A stretch of 64,000 bases of DNA from contig JBEBJH010000001.1 of NCBI GenBank assembly GCA_040079965.1, forward strand, positions 3,862-67,861, read 5' to 3'. The position numbers and the translations under genes are program-made. Positions 21,401 to 29,643 of the stretch are shown here, in pieces. This DNA comes from Cyclobacteriaceae bacterium (lineage in GTDB: Bacteria; Bacteroidota; Bacteroidia; Cytophagales; Cyclobacteriaceae). The notes under the pieces were generated by a model. It made no database searches and had not been told where the DNA came from. It saw only the letters and a list, made by a program, of their open reading frames with translations. Numbering within the stretch: the first letter of the stretch is position 1; each line of letters starts with the position of its first letter.

Positions 21401-22789
21401 GTATACAATCAGGATTATGATTTGACCAAACACAGCACTGTTCATCATCCTTCCTGCCGAGTGGATTACTTCACCGTCCATTTCGTTTTGATTGATCGCA
21501 TTAAGCGACTTGAACTTTTGGCCATGGGCCAACTGATGCATGACAGCCTCCACAATAATCACGGCCCCATCGACAATCAACCCAAAATCTAAAGCTCCCA
21601 GACTCATCAGATTTCCGCTTACGCCAAACAGGTTCATCATGATTACAGCAAAAAGCATGGCTAGCGGAATAACCGATGCTACTAAAAACCCAGCACGAAA
21701 GTTTCCGAGGAATAAGACCAGAACAAATACCACAATCAAAGCTCCCTCCATTAAATTTTTCTCAACGGTGCCAATTGCCTGGCTTACCATTTTAGTTCTA
21801 TCAAGAAAGGGTTCGATTTCTACGCCCTCTGGTAAAATCTTCTTGATTTGCTCGATTTTAGCTTTGACATCTTTAATAACAAGACTGCTATTGGCGCCTT
21901 TCAACATCATCACCACCGCACCGGCTACTTCACCTTCACCATTGTAGGTCATCGCTCCATAGCGAATGGCACTGCCTATTCTCACCTCGGCTACATCTTT
22001 GATGAATAACGGAGTTCCATTCTCCGTGTTTTTGACCGCGATATTGTTGATATCAGCTAGATTGCCAATCAATCCTTCGCTTCGAATGTATAGCACAGTT
22101 GCTTGTCGCTCAATGTAAGCACCTCCGGTATTTTGGTTGTTATTCTCCAGGGCACTGAACACATCGCTAACGGTAAGTCCGTATGACTTCAGTTTATTTG
22201 GGTCAATGGCTATCTCGTACTGTTTCAGTTTACCCCCAAAACTGCTGACATCTGCCACACCAGAAACTCTCAAAAGTTGTCTTCTTACGATCCAATCCTG
22301 AATCGTGCGTAACTCAGTAATATCGTACCGACCTTCATATCCCTTTTTCGGCCTCACAACATATTGATAGATTTCGCCCAGCCCTGTTGTAACGGGTGCC
22401 AAAACAGGCACACCTAAACCCTTTGGAAGTTGATCTTTGACAATCTGTAAGCGTTCGGTTACTTGTTGACGAGCCCAGTAAACATCGGTGTCATCATCGA
22501 ATACGATCGTTACCAGCGACAATCCGAATCGCGAAAAACTCCGGATTTCAAGAAGACCATGAATGTTGCTGTTTACCTGTTCGATCGGGAACGTGATAAG
22601 ACGTTCAATATCTGCTGCACCTAATGATGGAACAATGGTGATTACCTGTACCTGGTTATTGGTAATATCAGGCACGGCATCAATCGGCAGCCGGGTGAAT
22701 TCATAGCTACCATAGCCAATGAGTCCAATCACCAACAGCCCAATGATTAATTTCTGCCTTACTGAAAATTCTATGATTTTATTTAACAT
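18434..22789 (-). CDS. CzcA/CusA-family heavy-metal RND pump fused to a C-terminal TolC/OEP domain, copy 1
   Basis: PIDAVPDITNNQVQV, GALDFGLIVDGAVIIVE (proton-relay D/D/E), RLRPVLMTALVASLGFLPMA. These are followed by a signal-like segment (..ANAQ) and about 385 aa of OEP-like helices. Confidence 0.93.
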   Translation of the reverse strand: MLNKIIEFSVRQKLIIGLLVIGLIGYGSYEFTRLPIDAVPDITNNQVQVITIVPSLGAADIERLITFPIEQVNSNIHGLLEIRSFSRFGLSLVTIVFDDDTDVYWARQQVTERLQIVKDQLPKGLGVPVLAPVTTGLGEIYQYVVRPKKGYEGRYDITELRTIQDWIVRRQLLRVSGVADVSSFGGKLKQYEIAIDPNKLKSYGLTVSDVFSALENNNQNTGGAYIERQATVLYIRSEGLIGNLADINNIAVKNTENGTPLFIKDVAEVRIGSAIRYGAMTYNGEGEVAGAVVMMLKGANSSLVIKDVKAKIEQIKKILPEGVEIEPFLDRTKMVSQAIGTVEKNLMEGALIVVFVLVLFLGNFRAGFLVASVIPLAMLFAVIMMNLFGVSGNLMSLGALDFGLIVDGAVIIVEAVMHQLAHGQKFKSLNAINQNEMDGEVIHSAGRMMNSAVFGQIIILIVYLPIFSLQGIEGKMFKPMAQTVAFALLGAFILSLTYIPMMSSVFLSKKVKHSKNISDRMMEKIERLYEAALKKVLGFPKTVVLTVIALFISALITLSFLGGEFIPALEEGDFAVDTRVLTGSNLSVSVDATLKGEKILLENFPEVIKVVGKTGSGEVPTDPMPIEASDMMVILKDKSEWTSATTFNELAEKMGKALEAVPGVTFGFQYPVQMRFNELMTGARQDVVCKIFGENLDTLAHYANKLGNVINTVEGSANLYVEAVGGMPQIVIKYNRAAIAQYGLNISEINRIVNTAFAGQSTGQVYEEEKRFDLVVRMVGEQRKNISDVQNLLIPSPQGNQIPLNQLAEVEIKEGPNQIQREDAKRRIIIGFNVRGRDVQTIVTELQQKVDAQINFPVGYYVTYGGAFENLNAAKKRLSIAVPVSLLLIFVMLYFAFKSVKHGLLIYSAIPLSAIGGIFALATRGMPFSISAGVGFIALFGVAVLNGIVLVAEFNRLKAEGQFNLYHIVISGTKLRLRPVLMTALVASLGFLPMALSTGAGAEVQRPLATVVIGGLLIATLLTLFVLPVLYIIFETKLGKKKRMMPLAVLLVFALLTASVSGANAQTPITIQAAIDTALVNNLLVKNERLKAEYQNQLIKSGANLPQTMVIGEYGQINSSFSDNRFVINQNINFPSVYSNQKSVLREEWRSSMLNVAIKEVELKRQVSQVYYMLTYLEQKRKLLQQNDSLYSEFLKKANLRFAVGETNILEKTTAETQRGQIGLQLNQLKADLELLKAQFQLLLNTTTLLVPQEDDFKMSRIETIDSPTLSLHPAIQWLQQQKQISIRNTKLEKSKLLPDLTFAYNNMSMRGTGADNISYGGSARFQSGQIGLGIPLFYGSQRAKINASKSIQKITETNYLAGLQQFNTEYQRAITQYLNFARSVDYYEQTGLTNATLITDTANKQFANGGINYLEWVMLTNQAISLRNEYLIAVNNLNESIIQLNYFIYK

Positions 22790-22973
22790 CGCTTTTTTAA
22801 TATAGATCAGAACGGACTTTATTGAGGTATTCTATTCATCTAATTTTTTATTTTTTTTGGCTTGATTAGATAACCAAATCAAACCACATGCAATCGTAGA
22901 TCCAACTTAGAACGCAATTGAAATCCCAATATGAACAGGTCGGGACAAAAGAACCTAATGTGGCTTTGAGGTA

Positions 22974-23378
22974 TTAAAGAATTCGGGGCGGTTGCCAAAC
23001 AGACTGACTAAACTCTGAAGAAAAGGCGGAGTGGTAAAAATTGGAATATGTAACTACTGATTCTAATGATACGATTTCCGGTGCTTTGAATAAGGGTAAT
23101 ACTATGACTGTGTGGGTAAATGTGCAATCTGTGGCTTTAAAAGGCAGACCTTGATGCTCTTCATGTTCTTCTTGATCGTGCTGAGCAGCCCCTGAGCCGT
23201 AGTGAAGGTTTAAAAAATCAATAAAGGAAACATCAGCGGTTTTGGTCTTATGTAGTTGAAAATGTTCAATTAGCTTCGGTAACTTTACAAAATCGTGCAA
23301 ATCTAGCATGCTACCCAACAGGGTTACATTAATTAGCAGGATTCCAATTGCCTTGTGAATTGACACGAGATGAAACAT
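22974..23378 (-). CDS. His-rich small protein ending in WQPPRIL; putative metal-responsive leader, copy 1
   Basis: N-terminal hydrophobic segment and motifs LIEHFQLH, DFLNLHYG, HDQEEHEEHQGLPFK, CTFTH, SVWQPPR. Paralogous to 28107-28505. Confidence 0.75.
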   Translation of the reverse strand: MFHLVSIHKAIGILLINVTLLGSMLDLHDFVKLPKLIEHFQLHKTKTADVSFIDFLNLHYGSGAAQHDQEEHEEHQGLPFKATDCTFTHTVIVLPLFKAPEIVSLESVVTYSNFYHSAFSSEFSQSVWQPPRIL

Positions 23379-23539
23379 TTAGCAGCGTAAAATAAAAAAG
23401 AAAATCTGAATAGATTCTGAATGAACTATTTAAAAGGCTTAAAATAGGGTGAAAACCAAAGTAAGCTCACTTCAATGGCTCTAGCTTTTTGAATTGTGTG
23501 GAGATCGACCATTTTGGATTAAATTTTTTCTTGCCAAAA

Positions 23540-24661
23540 TTACTCTTGAGTAGATTTCATTTTCATCAACAAGCTATAAGCGTTTTTGACAACCAGCTTT
23601 TGAGTAATCAAAACGTTTTTAAGTTCTGTAAAGCCATTGTTCGTCATCCCGATTTCAACAGGATACATGGTAAACACCCCCGTTGATTTTTCTATAAAGA
23701 CGTAGTATTTATTTTCCCAGCTTACAATGGCATCCTCAGGCACAGAAATTACTTCACTGTTTCTAAGCTCAATTTCCGCGGTAATGAACATGCCAGGGAG
23801 AAGTGCCCAATCAGCATTTTCCAGATCGCAGTGTATTTCGCTGGTTCGCTCGTCATTCAGACTTTTGTTAATAAGGTGGACACGCGCGGTATAATTTTTT
23901 TGAGGCTGAGCGTTGGAGTAGACGTTTACCTTTTGACCAAGAGCAATCAACGCCATATCTTTTTCGAAAGCAGTGAGGCTAACATGTAACTTGCTTTCAT
24001 CCACCAGCAAAAGCAAAACATCGGTAGGACTGACGTACTTTCCAACATTGACATAGATACCGGCTACGTAACCGTTGATAGGAGCGCGCAGAGTCACCGA
24101 TCCGGATAATGAAGTTTCATCCAACAGATCAGGATTGATATTGATTAGTTTTAATTTCTCATACAGCGCCTTCGTTAAAATTTTCTGACCCATGTAATCG
24201 CTGCTTGCCTGTTGAAAGGTTTTATCACTGGTAGATTTATCAGCATTTAAATCACGCTGTCGCAGGAAATCTTTAGTAAGAAATTCCAATTTGCTCTTAG
24301 CCATCAGGTAGTCTTGTTGTAGTTGGATGTACTGAGGGTCTTCCATGACAATCAGCATGTCGCCTTGTTTTACGCGAGTTCCTGGCAGGAGATTCATTTT
24401 TTTAATGTACCCACCGAACGGATTGCTAACGGATATCTTATTGGCAGGAGGAACTTCAATCACGCCATTTAAGCGAATGGCAGTGCTCATGTCTTTTTGT
24501 TGTGGTTGGCCTATTACAATCTCAGCATTTTTTATTTGCTCTTGGGTTAGCTGAACAATATTATTTTCAGTGCCAGTTGTTGCTGTATCGGTTTGCGCGG
24601 CTTCTTTTTTACAGGAGAACAAAAGCAAGCCCAAGCTGAATACAAATGCAATTCTTTTCAT
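23540..24661 (-). CDS. RND efflux periplasmic adaptor (CzcB/CusB-like), copy 2
   Basis: Lipobox LLFSC. Paralog of 17160-18335 (YIQLQQDYL, LLPGMFI.AEI). Start refined to ATG 24661. Confidence 0.88.
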   Translation of the reverse strand: MKRIAFVFSLGLLLFSCKKEAAQTDTATTGTENNIVQLTQEQIKNAEIVIGQPQQKDMSTAIRLNGVIEVPPANKISVSNPFGGYIKKMNLLPGTRVKQGDMLIVMEDPQYIQLQQDYLMAKSKLEFLTKDFLRQRDLNADKSTSDKTFQQASSDYMGQKILTKALYEKLKLININPDLLDETSLSGSVTLRAPINGYVAGIYVNVGKYVSPTDVLLLLVDESKLHVSLTAFEKDMALIALGQKVNVYSNAQPQKNYTARVHLINKSLNDERTSEIHCDLENADWALLPGMFITAEIELRNSEVISVPEDAIVSWENKYYVFIEKSTGVFTMYPVEIGMTNNGFTELKNVLITQKLVVKNAYSLLMKMKSTQE

Positions 24662-27600
24662 TTGAGAATTTTTTAAACAATTCGATTTGAAAACCATTTC
24701 GTTGTGCTGTTGAATAATGTTGAAATATGCTGCCCGGATTTTGGATGGAGAGGTTATTCGCAAAGGGCTCACCTGCTTTATATGTCGAAATTTTTTCCTG
24801 TGCTTTCGATGATGCTACATGAAGAACTACAAGAGCCAAAACTAAAATAGCAACAGCTGTTTTTGGTAACGCAAATCTTTTTTCCAGCATGGTATAAAGT
24901 ACGGGTAGTATAAAAAGAGTGAGCATGGTGGAGATAATCAATCCGCCAATTACAACAGTTGCCAGCGGCTTTTGCACTTCTGCACCCGCCCCCTGACTAA
25001 TGGCCATTGGGATAAAACCAAGCGCAGGAACAAATGCCGTCATAAGGATGGCGCGCAATTTTGATTTGGTGGCATGAATAACGATGCGTTCTGTATCGGT
25101 CCAGCCTTCACTTTTTAGCAGATTAAATTGAGAAACCAATAAAATTCCATTCAGTACCGCCACACCAAACAATGCAATAAAACCGACACCCGCTGATATA
25201 CTGAAAGGCATATCGCGGATCCAAAGGGAAAATATGCCACCCATGGCAGAAAGCGGAATAGCAGTATAGATGAGCAATCCTTGTTTGATTGATCCAAAAG
25301 CAAAATAGAGCATGAGAAAAATAAGAAGCAGGGCGATTGGAAGAACAATGGTCAATCGCGCCTTGGCTGCATTGAGGTTTTCAAACGCTCCGCCATATTT
25401 AATGGTATAACTTGGAGGAAGCTTTAAACTCTTTGAAACTTTGTCCTGCAATTCAGTTACAATAGATTGAACGTCACGCCCACGAACGTTGAAGCCCACA
25501 ATAATTCTTCTCCGTGTATTTTCACGCTGTATTTGATTAGGGCCAACAATCTCTTCGATGTTGGCCACCTGATATAATGGCACCTGAGTACCGTTGTCAA
25601 TGGGGATCAAAAGATTTTGAATGTCTTTGACATTTCTTCTCGATTCGTTTTCAAGACGCACCACAAGATCGAAGCGTTTTTCGCCTTCATATACAAGCCC
25701 GGCACTTTGTCCGGCAAAGGCGGTATTTACGGTGTTGTTAATGTCACGCACGTTAAGTCCATACATGGCCATTGCTTCGCGGTTGTAGGTGATAACAACT
25801 TGTGGCATACCCGTTACCGTCTCCACATATAGATTAATCGCACCATCAACGGTTGAGATTAGCTCACCAAGCTTTTTGGAATATCGTGCAAGCGTATCCA
25901 GATCTTCACCGAAAATTTTACAAACTACATCCTGCCGCGCACCGGTCATGAGTTCGTTGAAGCGCATTTGAACCGGAAATTGAAACCCGAAACTTACGCC
26001 TGGAATATCTTCCAGTTCTTTGCCCATTTTTTCTGCGAGCTCATCGAACGAGGAGGCCGAAACCCATTCACTTTTATCCTTTAGTATCACCATCATATCG
26101 CTTGCCTCCAGTGGCATGGGGTCTAGGGGAATTTCAGAGCTTCCGATTTTTGTGACCACTTTTTCAACTTCCGGAAAACGGTCCAGTAAAATTTTTGCTG
26201 ACTTCTGCGTGGTATTTATCGTGTTGGTAAGACTGCTTCCTGTAAGCAATCGCGTGTCGATTGCAAAGTCACCTTCTTCCAATTCAGGAATAAATTCACC
26301 ACCCATGTTCAAAAGCACGAAGACTGAAACAGCAAATAAGCTTAACGTAGTAGCAATCGCTGTCTTTGGAAACGTGAGAACTTTATGAAGGAGCGGTTGA
26401 TATTTTCTTTCCACCCACGCCATCATTTTATCAGCCACTGTTTTTGCGTGACTTATTTTTTTGTTAAGAAACAGTGAACTCATCATGGGCACATAGGTAA
26501 CGGAAAGAATGAAGGCGCCTAAAATGGCAAACGCAACCGTAAAAGCCATCGGCTTAAACATTTTACCTTCTATACCTTCAAGAGAAAGAATGGGGATGTA
26601 GACAATGAGGATGATGATCTGACTGAAGACAGCAGACTTGATCATTGAGACCGTTGAATGCTCAACTTCCTGATTCATTTCTTGTTGAGTGAGCACGCCT
26701 ACTTTTGCAAAATGTTGAGAGTGCGTAAACCGATGAAGAATAGCCTCTACGACAATTACGGATCCGTCTACAATCAGCCCAAAATCAATAGCACCAAGGC
26801 TCATCAGGTTGCCGCCAATTCCAAACCGGTTCATTAGTATTATAGCGAAAAGCATGGAGAGCGGTATCACTGAGGAAACAATCAGTCCGGCCCGCAGATT
26901 TCCTAAGAAGAAGACCAACACAAAGACTACAATGAGTGCGCCTTCTATAAGATTTGTTTTAACGGTATTAATGGCATTGTTTACCATCTTGGTCCTGTCG
27001 AGGAAGGCTTCAATCATGACTCCTTCAGGAAGGGATTGTTGTATCTCAGCAATTTTTGCTTTTACATTTTTTATTACTGCCGATGAGTTTTCGCCTTTCA
27101 GCATCATCACAACAGCGCCCGCTACCTCACCCTGATCGTTATAAGTCATGGCACCGTATCGTGTTGCATAGCCAAGACCAACCAAAGCAACATCCCTCAT
27201 GAGCACAGGCATGCCATTGGCTAATTTCCTCACAACAATTTTTTCGATATCCGGAATTCCTTTGGTGAGTCCTTCTGTGCGAATGTAAAGTACTGTTGGC
27301 CCCTTTTCGATGTAGGCACCCCCCGTATTTTCATTATTATTTTCAAGTGCCAGGAAAACATCAGCAATCGTTACCCCATACGCCTTCAATTGTTCTGTTC
27401 GCACCGCGATTTCATATTGCTTGAGTTGACCACCAAAGCTGCTCACATCGGCTACACCGGGAGTGCCCAGCAGTTGCCTTCTTATCGTCCAGTCCTGAAT
27501 TGTGCGCAGCGACATGGCATTATACCGGTGCTCATAACCGGGCTTGGCCCGCACTACATATTGATAGATTTCTCCCAGACCCGTAGTAACAGGTGCCATG

Positions 27601-27986
27601 TCAGGAATGCCAATGCTATTCGGAATGGTTTGTTTTACCTGGGCCAGACGCTCACTGATTTGTTGTCTTGCCCAATAGATGTCGACACCATCTTTAAATA
27701 CGACTGTTACCAGTGATAGACCAAAACGTGAAAAGCTTCTGATATTTTTTAGTCCCGGGATATTGCTGCAAGACTGTTCGATAGGAAATGTAATCAAACG
27801 CTCAACATCCGTTGCACCTAATGCAGGCGAGACCGTAATCACCTGCACCTGGTTGTCAGTTATATCGGGAACGGCATCAATGGGCAACTGGGTAACCTCA
27901 TAGCTGCCATAGCTGATGAGTCCAATAACGAACAGACCGATAATTAACTTTTGTTTTACAGAAAATTCTATGATTTTATTTAACAT
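24609..27986 (-). CDS. CzcA/CusA-family RND pump, copy 2, with the TolC domain truncated
   Basis: Complete RND body (GAIDFGLIVDGSVIVVE, KLRAILMTAFVPALGFIPMA). After KAQEKIS only about 20 OEP-like residues remain, then an out-of-frame tail that overlaps the adaptor start. Start refined to ATG 27986. Confidence 0.85.
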   Translation of the reverse strand: MLNKIIEFSVKQKLIIGLFVIGLISYGSYEVTQLPIDAVPDITDNQVQVITVSPALGATDVERLITFPIEQSCSNIPGLKNIRSFSRFGLSLVTVVFKDGVDIYWARQQISERLAQVKQTIPNSIGIPDMAPVTTGLGEIYQYVVRAKPGYEHRYNAMSLRTIQDWTIRRQLLGTPGVADVSSFGGQLKQYEIAVRTEQLKAYGVTIADVFLALENNNENTGGAYIEKGPTVLYIRTEGLTKGIPDIEKIVVRKLANGMPVLMRDVALVGLGYATRYGAMTYNDQGEVAGAVVMMLKGENSSAVIKNVKAKIAEIQQSLPEGVMIEAFLDRTKMVNNAINTVKTNLIEGALIVVFVLVFFLGNLRAGLIVSSVIPLSMLFAIILMNRFGIGGNLMSLGAIDFGLIVDGSVIVVEAILHRFTHSQHFAKVGVLTQQEMNQEVEHSTVSMIKSAVFSQIIILIVYIPILSLEGIEGKMFKPMAFTVAFAILGAFILSVTYVPMMSSLFLNKKISHAKTVADKMMAWVERKYQPLLHKVLTFPKTAIATTLSLFAVSVFVLLNMGGEFIPELEEGDFAIDTRLLTGSSLTNTINTTQKSAKILLDRFPEVEKVVTKIGSSEIPLDPMPLEASDMMVILKDKSEWVSASSFDELAEKMGKELEDIPGVSFGFQFPVQMRFNELMTGARQDVVCKIFGEDLDTLARYSKKLGELISTVDGAINLYVETVTGMPQVVITYNREAMAMYGLNVRDINNTVNTAFAGQSAGLVYEGEKRFDLVVRLENESRRNVKDIQNLLIPIDNGTQVPLYQVANIEEIVGPNQIQRENTRRRIIVGFNVRGRDVQSIVTELQDKVSKSLKLPPSYTIKYGGAFENLNAAKARLTIVLPIALLLIFLMLYFAFGSIKQGLLIYTAIPLSAMGGIFSLWIRDMPFSISAGVGFIALFGVAVLNGILLVSQFNLLKSEGWTDTERIVIHATKSKLRAILMTAFVPALGFIPMAISQGAGAEVQKPLATVVIGGLIISTMLTLFILPVLYTMLEKRFALPKTAVAILVLALVVLHVASSKAQEKISTYKAGEPFANNLSIQNPGSIFQHYSTAQRNGFQIELFKKFSNEKNCICIQLGLAFVLL
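24662..24803 (-). pseudogene. Remnant of the internally deleted TolC/OEP domain of CzcA copy 2
   Basis: One frame reads QEKISTYKAGEPFANNLSIQN (copy 1: QTPITIQAAIDTALVNNLLVKN). Another frame reads IRAAYFNIIQQHNEMVFKSNCL (copy 1 C-terminus: LRNEYLIAVNNLNESIIQLNYF). Confidence 0.65.
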
Positions 27987-28106
27987 CGCTACTGACTTTA
28001 CAGTTACTGGGATCGCTGTTTTTGGCAACATCCAGGGAAGCAAACAGAAGAGGATCGAAAATGAACAGGCGTGGTTAACGTTCAATAACCTGTTGCATCC
28101 CAAATT

Positions 28107-28505
28107 TTAATTTCGTGGAGGTTGCCAGATAGACTCACTAAACCCAGTGTAGAAATTTGACTGATAGAAATTTGAATAGGATCTGTAAAAATTGATGGAG
28201 GTTATTTCGCAAGCATTGACATTTGAAATGACACTAAGGATATGAGAAAAAGTACAAGTGCTTGATTTAAACGGAAGGTTCTGATGTTTGCCGCGTTCAT
28301 CCTGATCATGCTGATTAGCCTGACGGCCATAGTGTAAGCTTAAGAAATCGACTAAAGAAAAATTGGACACCCTATTAAGGTGTTCGTGATAATGTTCAAT
28401 AAGTATAGGCATCTTCACCACACTATGTAAATCCACTATACTACCCATTAGAGTTAGCGACAATAGCAGAATGCTTGTGGATTTAGTCATATATAAAAAT
28501 ACCAT
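28107..28505 (-). CDS. His-rich small protein ending in WQPPRN; putative metal-responsive leader, copy 2
   Basis: Motifs LIEHYHEH, DFLSLHYG, HDQDERGKHQNLPFK, CTFSH, SIWQPPR. Directly upstream of CzcA copy 2. Confidence 0.75.
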   Translation of the reverse strand: MVFLYMTKSTSILLLSLTLMGSIVDLHSVVKMPILIEHYHEHLNRVSNFSLVDFLSLHYGRQANQHDQDERGKHQNLPFKSSTCTFSHILSVISNVNACEITSINFYRSYSNFYQSNFYTGFSESIWQPPRN

Positions 28506-28558
28506 GCTCTGGTAACTTAAAATATGATTTATATCACCCGGGCAATTGATTAGACAAC

Positions 28559-29611
28559 CTAAAACAAGGAGAGATTCCCGCCTTTGCGGAATTTTGTTAA
28601 GTCATAAGCAGGCATCTGCCTTCCTGAAAAGTACTTCTTCTTAGAGACTCGATATAATTGATGAATAGCATCAGCAATGTTTCCTTCTCCTGACATTCGC
28701 CTGCCGAATTGTGAATCGTTTACATTGCCACCATGAAAAGAGCAGATCTGGTTCCAAACCTTATCAAACCGATCCGGAAAATTCTTGCGCAGCCAGTCCT
28801 CAAAAATTTTGCCAATAGAGCCATTGAGTCGAACAACCGTCATGCCAGCAGCCAGCGCTCCATGATCGGAGGCTGCTTTTAAAACATGAGGTATTTCATG
28901 ATGATTCAGGCCAGGAATAATTGGGGCATTCATCACGCCTACGGGTACACCGGCCTTCGAAAGTTCCTCAATCGTTTTTAATCGTTTCAGCGAACTGGCA
29001 GTGCGCGGTTCAAGAATTCGTCTTAGCGATTCGTCTAATGTGGTTATTGAAATGAATACCTGCACCAGGTTATCAGAGGCCAGGTCTTTCAACAGATCAA
29101 GATCGCGAAGTATTAAGCTATTCTTGGTGATCATTCCTACGGGGTGACGATAGGTGGCAAACACCCTCAACAGATTTCGGGTGATTTCAAATTTTTTCTC
29201 TTGCGGTTGATAGCAATCTGTGTTGCCGCTGAGCATAATAGGTATTGCATTCCAGTTTTTGTTAAGCAGGTGTTTTTCGAGTAGTGCCGGAGCATTTTTC
29301 TTTACAATGATCTTGCTTTCAAAATCTAACCCGGCACTAAAGCCATAGTATTCATGTGTGTTTCGTGCATAGCAATAAATGCATCCATGTTCGCAGCCTT
29401 GATATGGGTTCATGGAATACATCATACTTAAATCGGGGCTGTCTACTTTATTCACAATCTTTTTCGGAGTTTCGAAAAAGATTTGCGTGGTGGGCGATTC
29501 CAGCAAGGGCTCATCAAGACCTTCGATATGATCGGTGACATACTGAGATTTTAGAAACCGGTTTTCGGTTTTTATCTGGGCCCCACGACCTTTGAAATAA
29601 GATTCATCCAT
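28559..29611 (-). CDS. PA0069/Rv2578c-family radical SAM protein (SplB-like, COG1533)
   Basis: SMNPYQGCEHGCIYCYAR (CxxxCxxC), SGNTDCYQP, ITKNSLILRDLD, LEPRT, APIIPGLN. Confidence 0.9.
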   Translation of the reverse strand: MDESYFKGRGAQIKTENRFLKSQYVTDHIEGLDEPLLESPTTQIFFETPKKIVNKVDSPDLSMMYSMNPYQGCEHGCIYCYARNTHEYYGFSAGLDFESKIIVKKNAPALLEKHLLNKNWNAIPIMLSGNTDCYQPQEKKFEITRNLLRVFATYRHPVGMITKNSLILRDLDLLKDLASDNLVQVFISITTLDESLRRILEPRTASSLKRLKTIEELSKAGVPVGVMNAPIIPGLNHHEIPHVLKAASDHGALAAGMTVVRLNGSIGKIFEDWLRKNFPDRFDKVWNQICSFHGGNVNDSQFGRRMSGEGNIADAIHQLYRVSKKKYFSGRQMPAYDLTKFRKGGNLSLF

Positions 29612-29621
29612 AAAACAATAA

Positions 29622-29638
29622 TACTAATTAATTTAGTA
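29622..29638. promoter_or_regulatory. Palindromic operator TACTAA-N5-TTAGTA (candidate Bacteroidota SOS box)
   Basis: Perfect 6-bp inverted repeat with a 5-nt spacer, filling the 32-nt gap between divergent start codons. Confidence 0.65.
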
Positions 29639-29643
29639 AAACA

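Noticed and set aside
24662-24772. 37-aa N-terminal extension of adaptor copy 2
   Set aside because: It is the residual TolC C-terminal helix in frame with the adaptor. The lipoprotein signal starts at ATG 24661.
27987-28103. 39-aa N-terminal extension of CzcA copy 2
   Set aside because: Similarity to copy 1 begins at MLNKIIEFSV (27986); the extension is the leader-czcA spacer.
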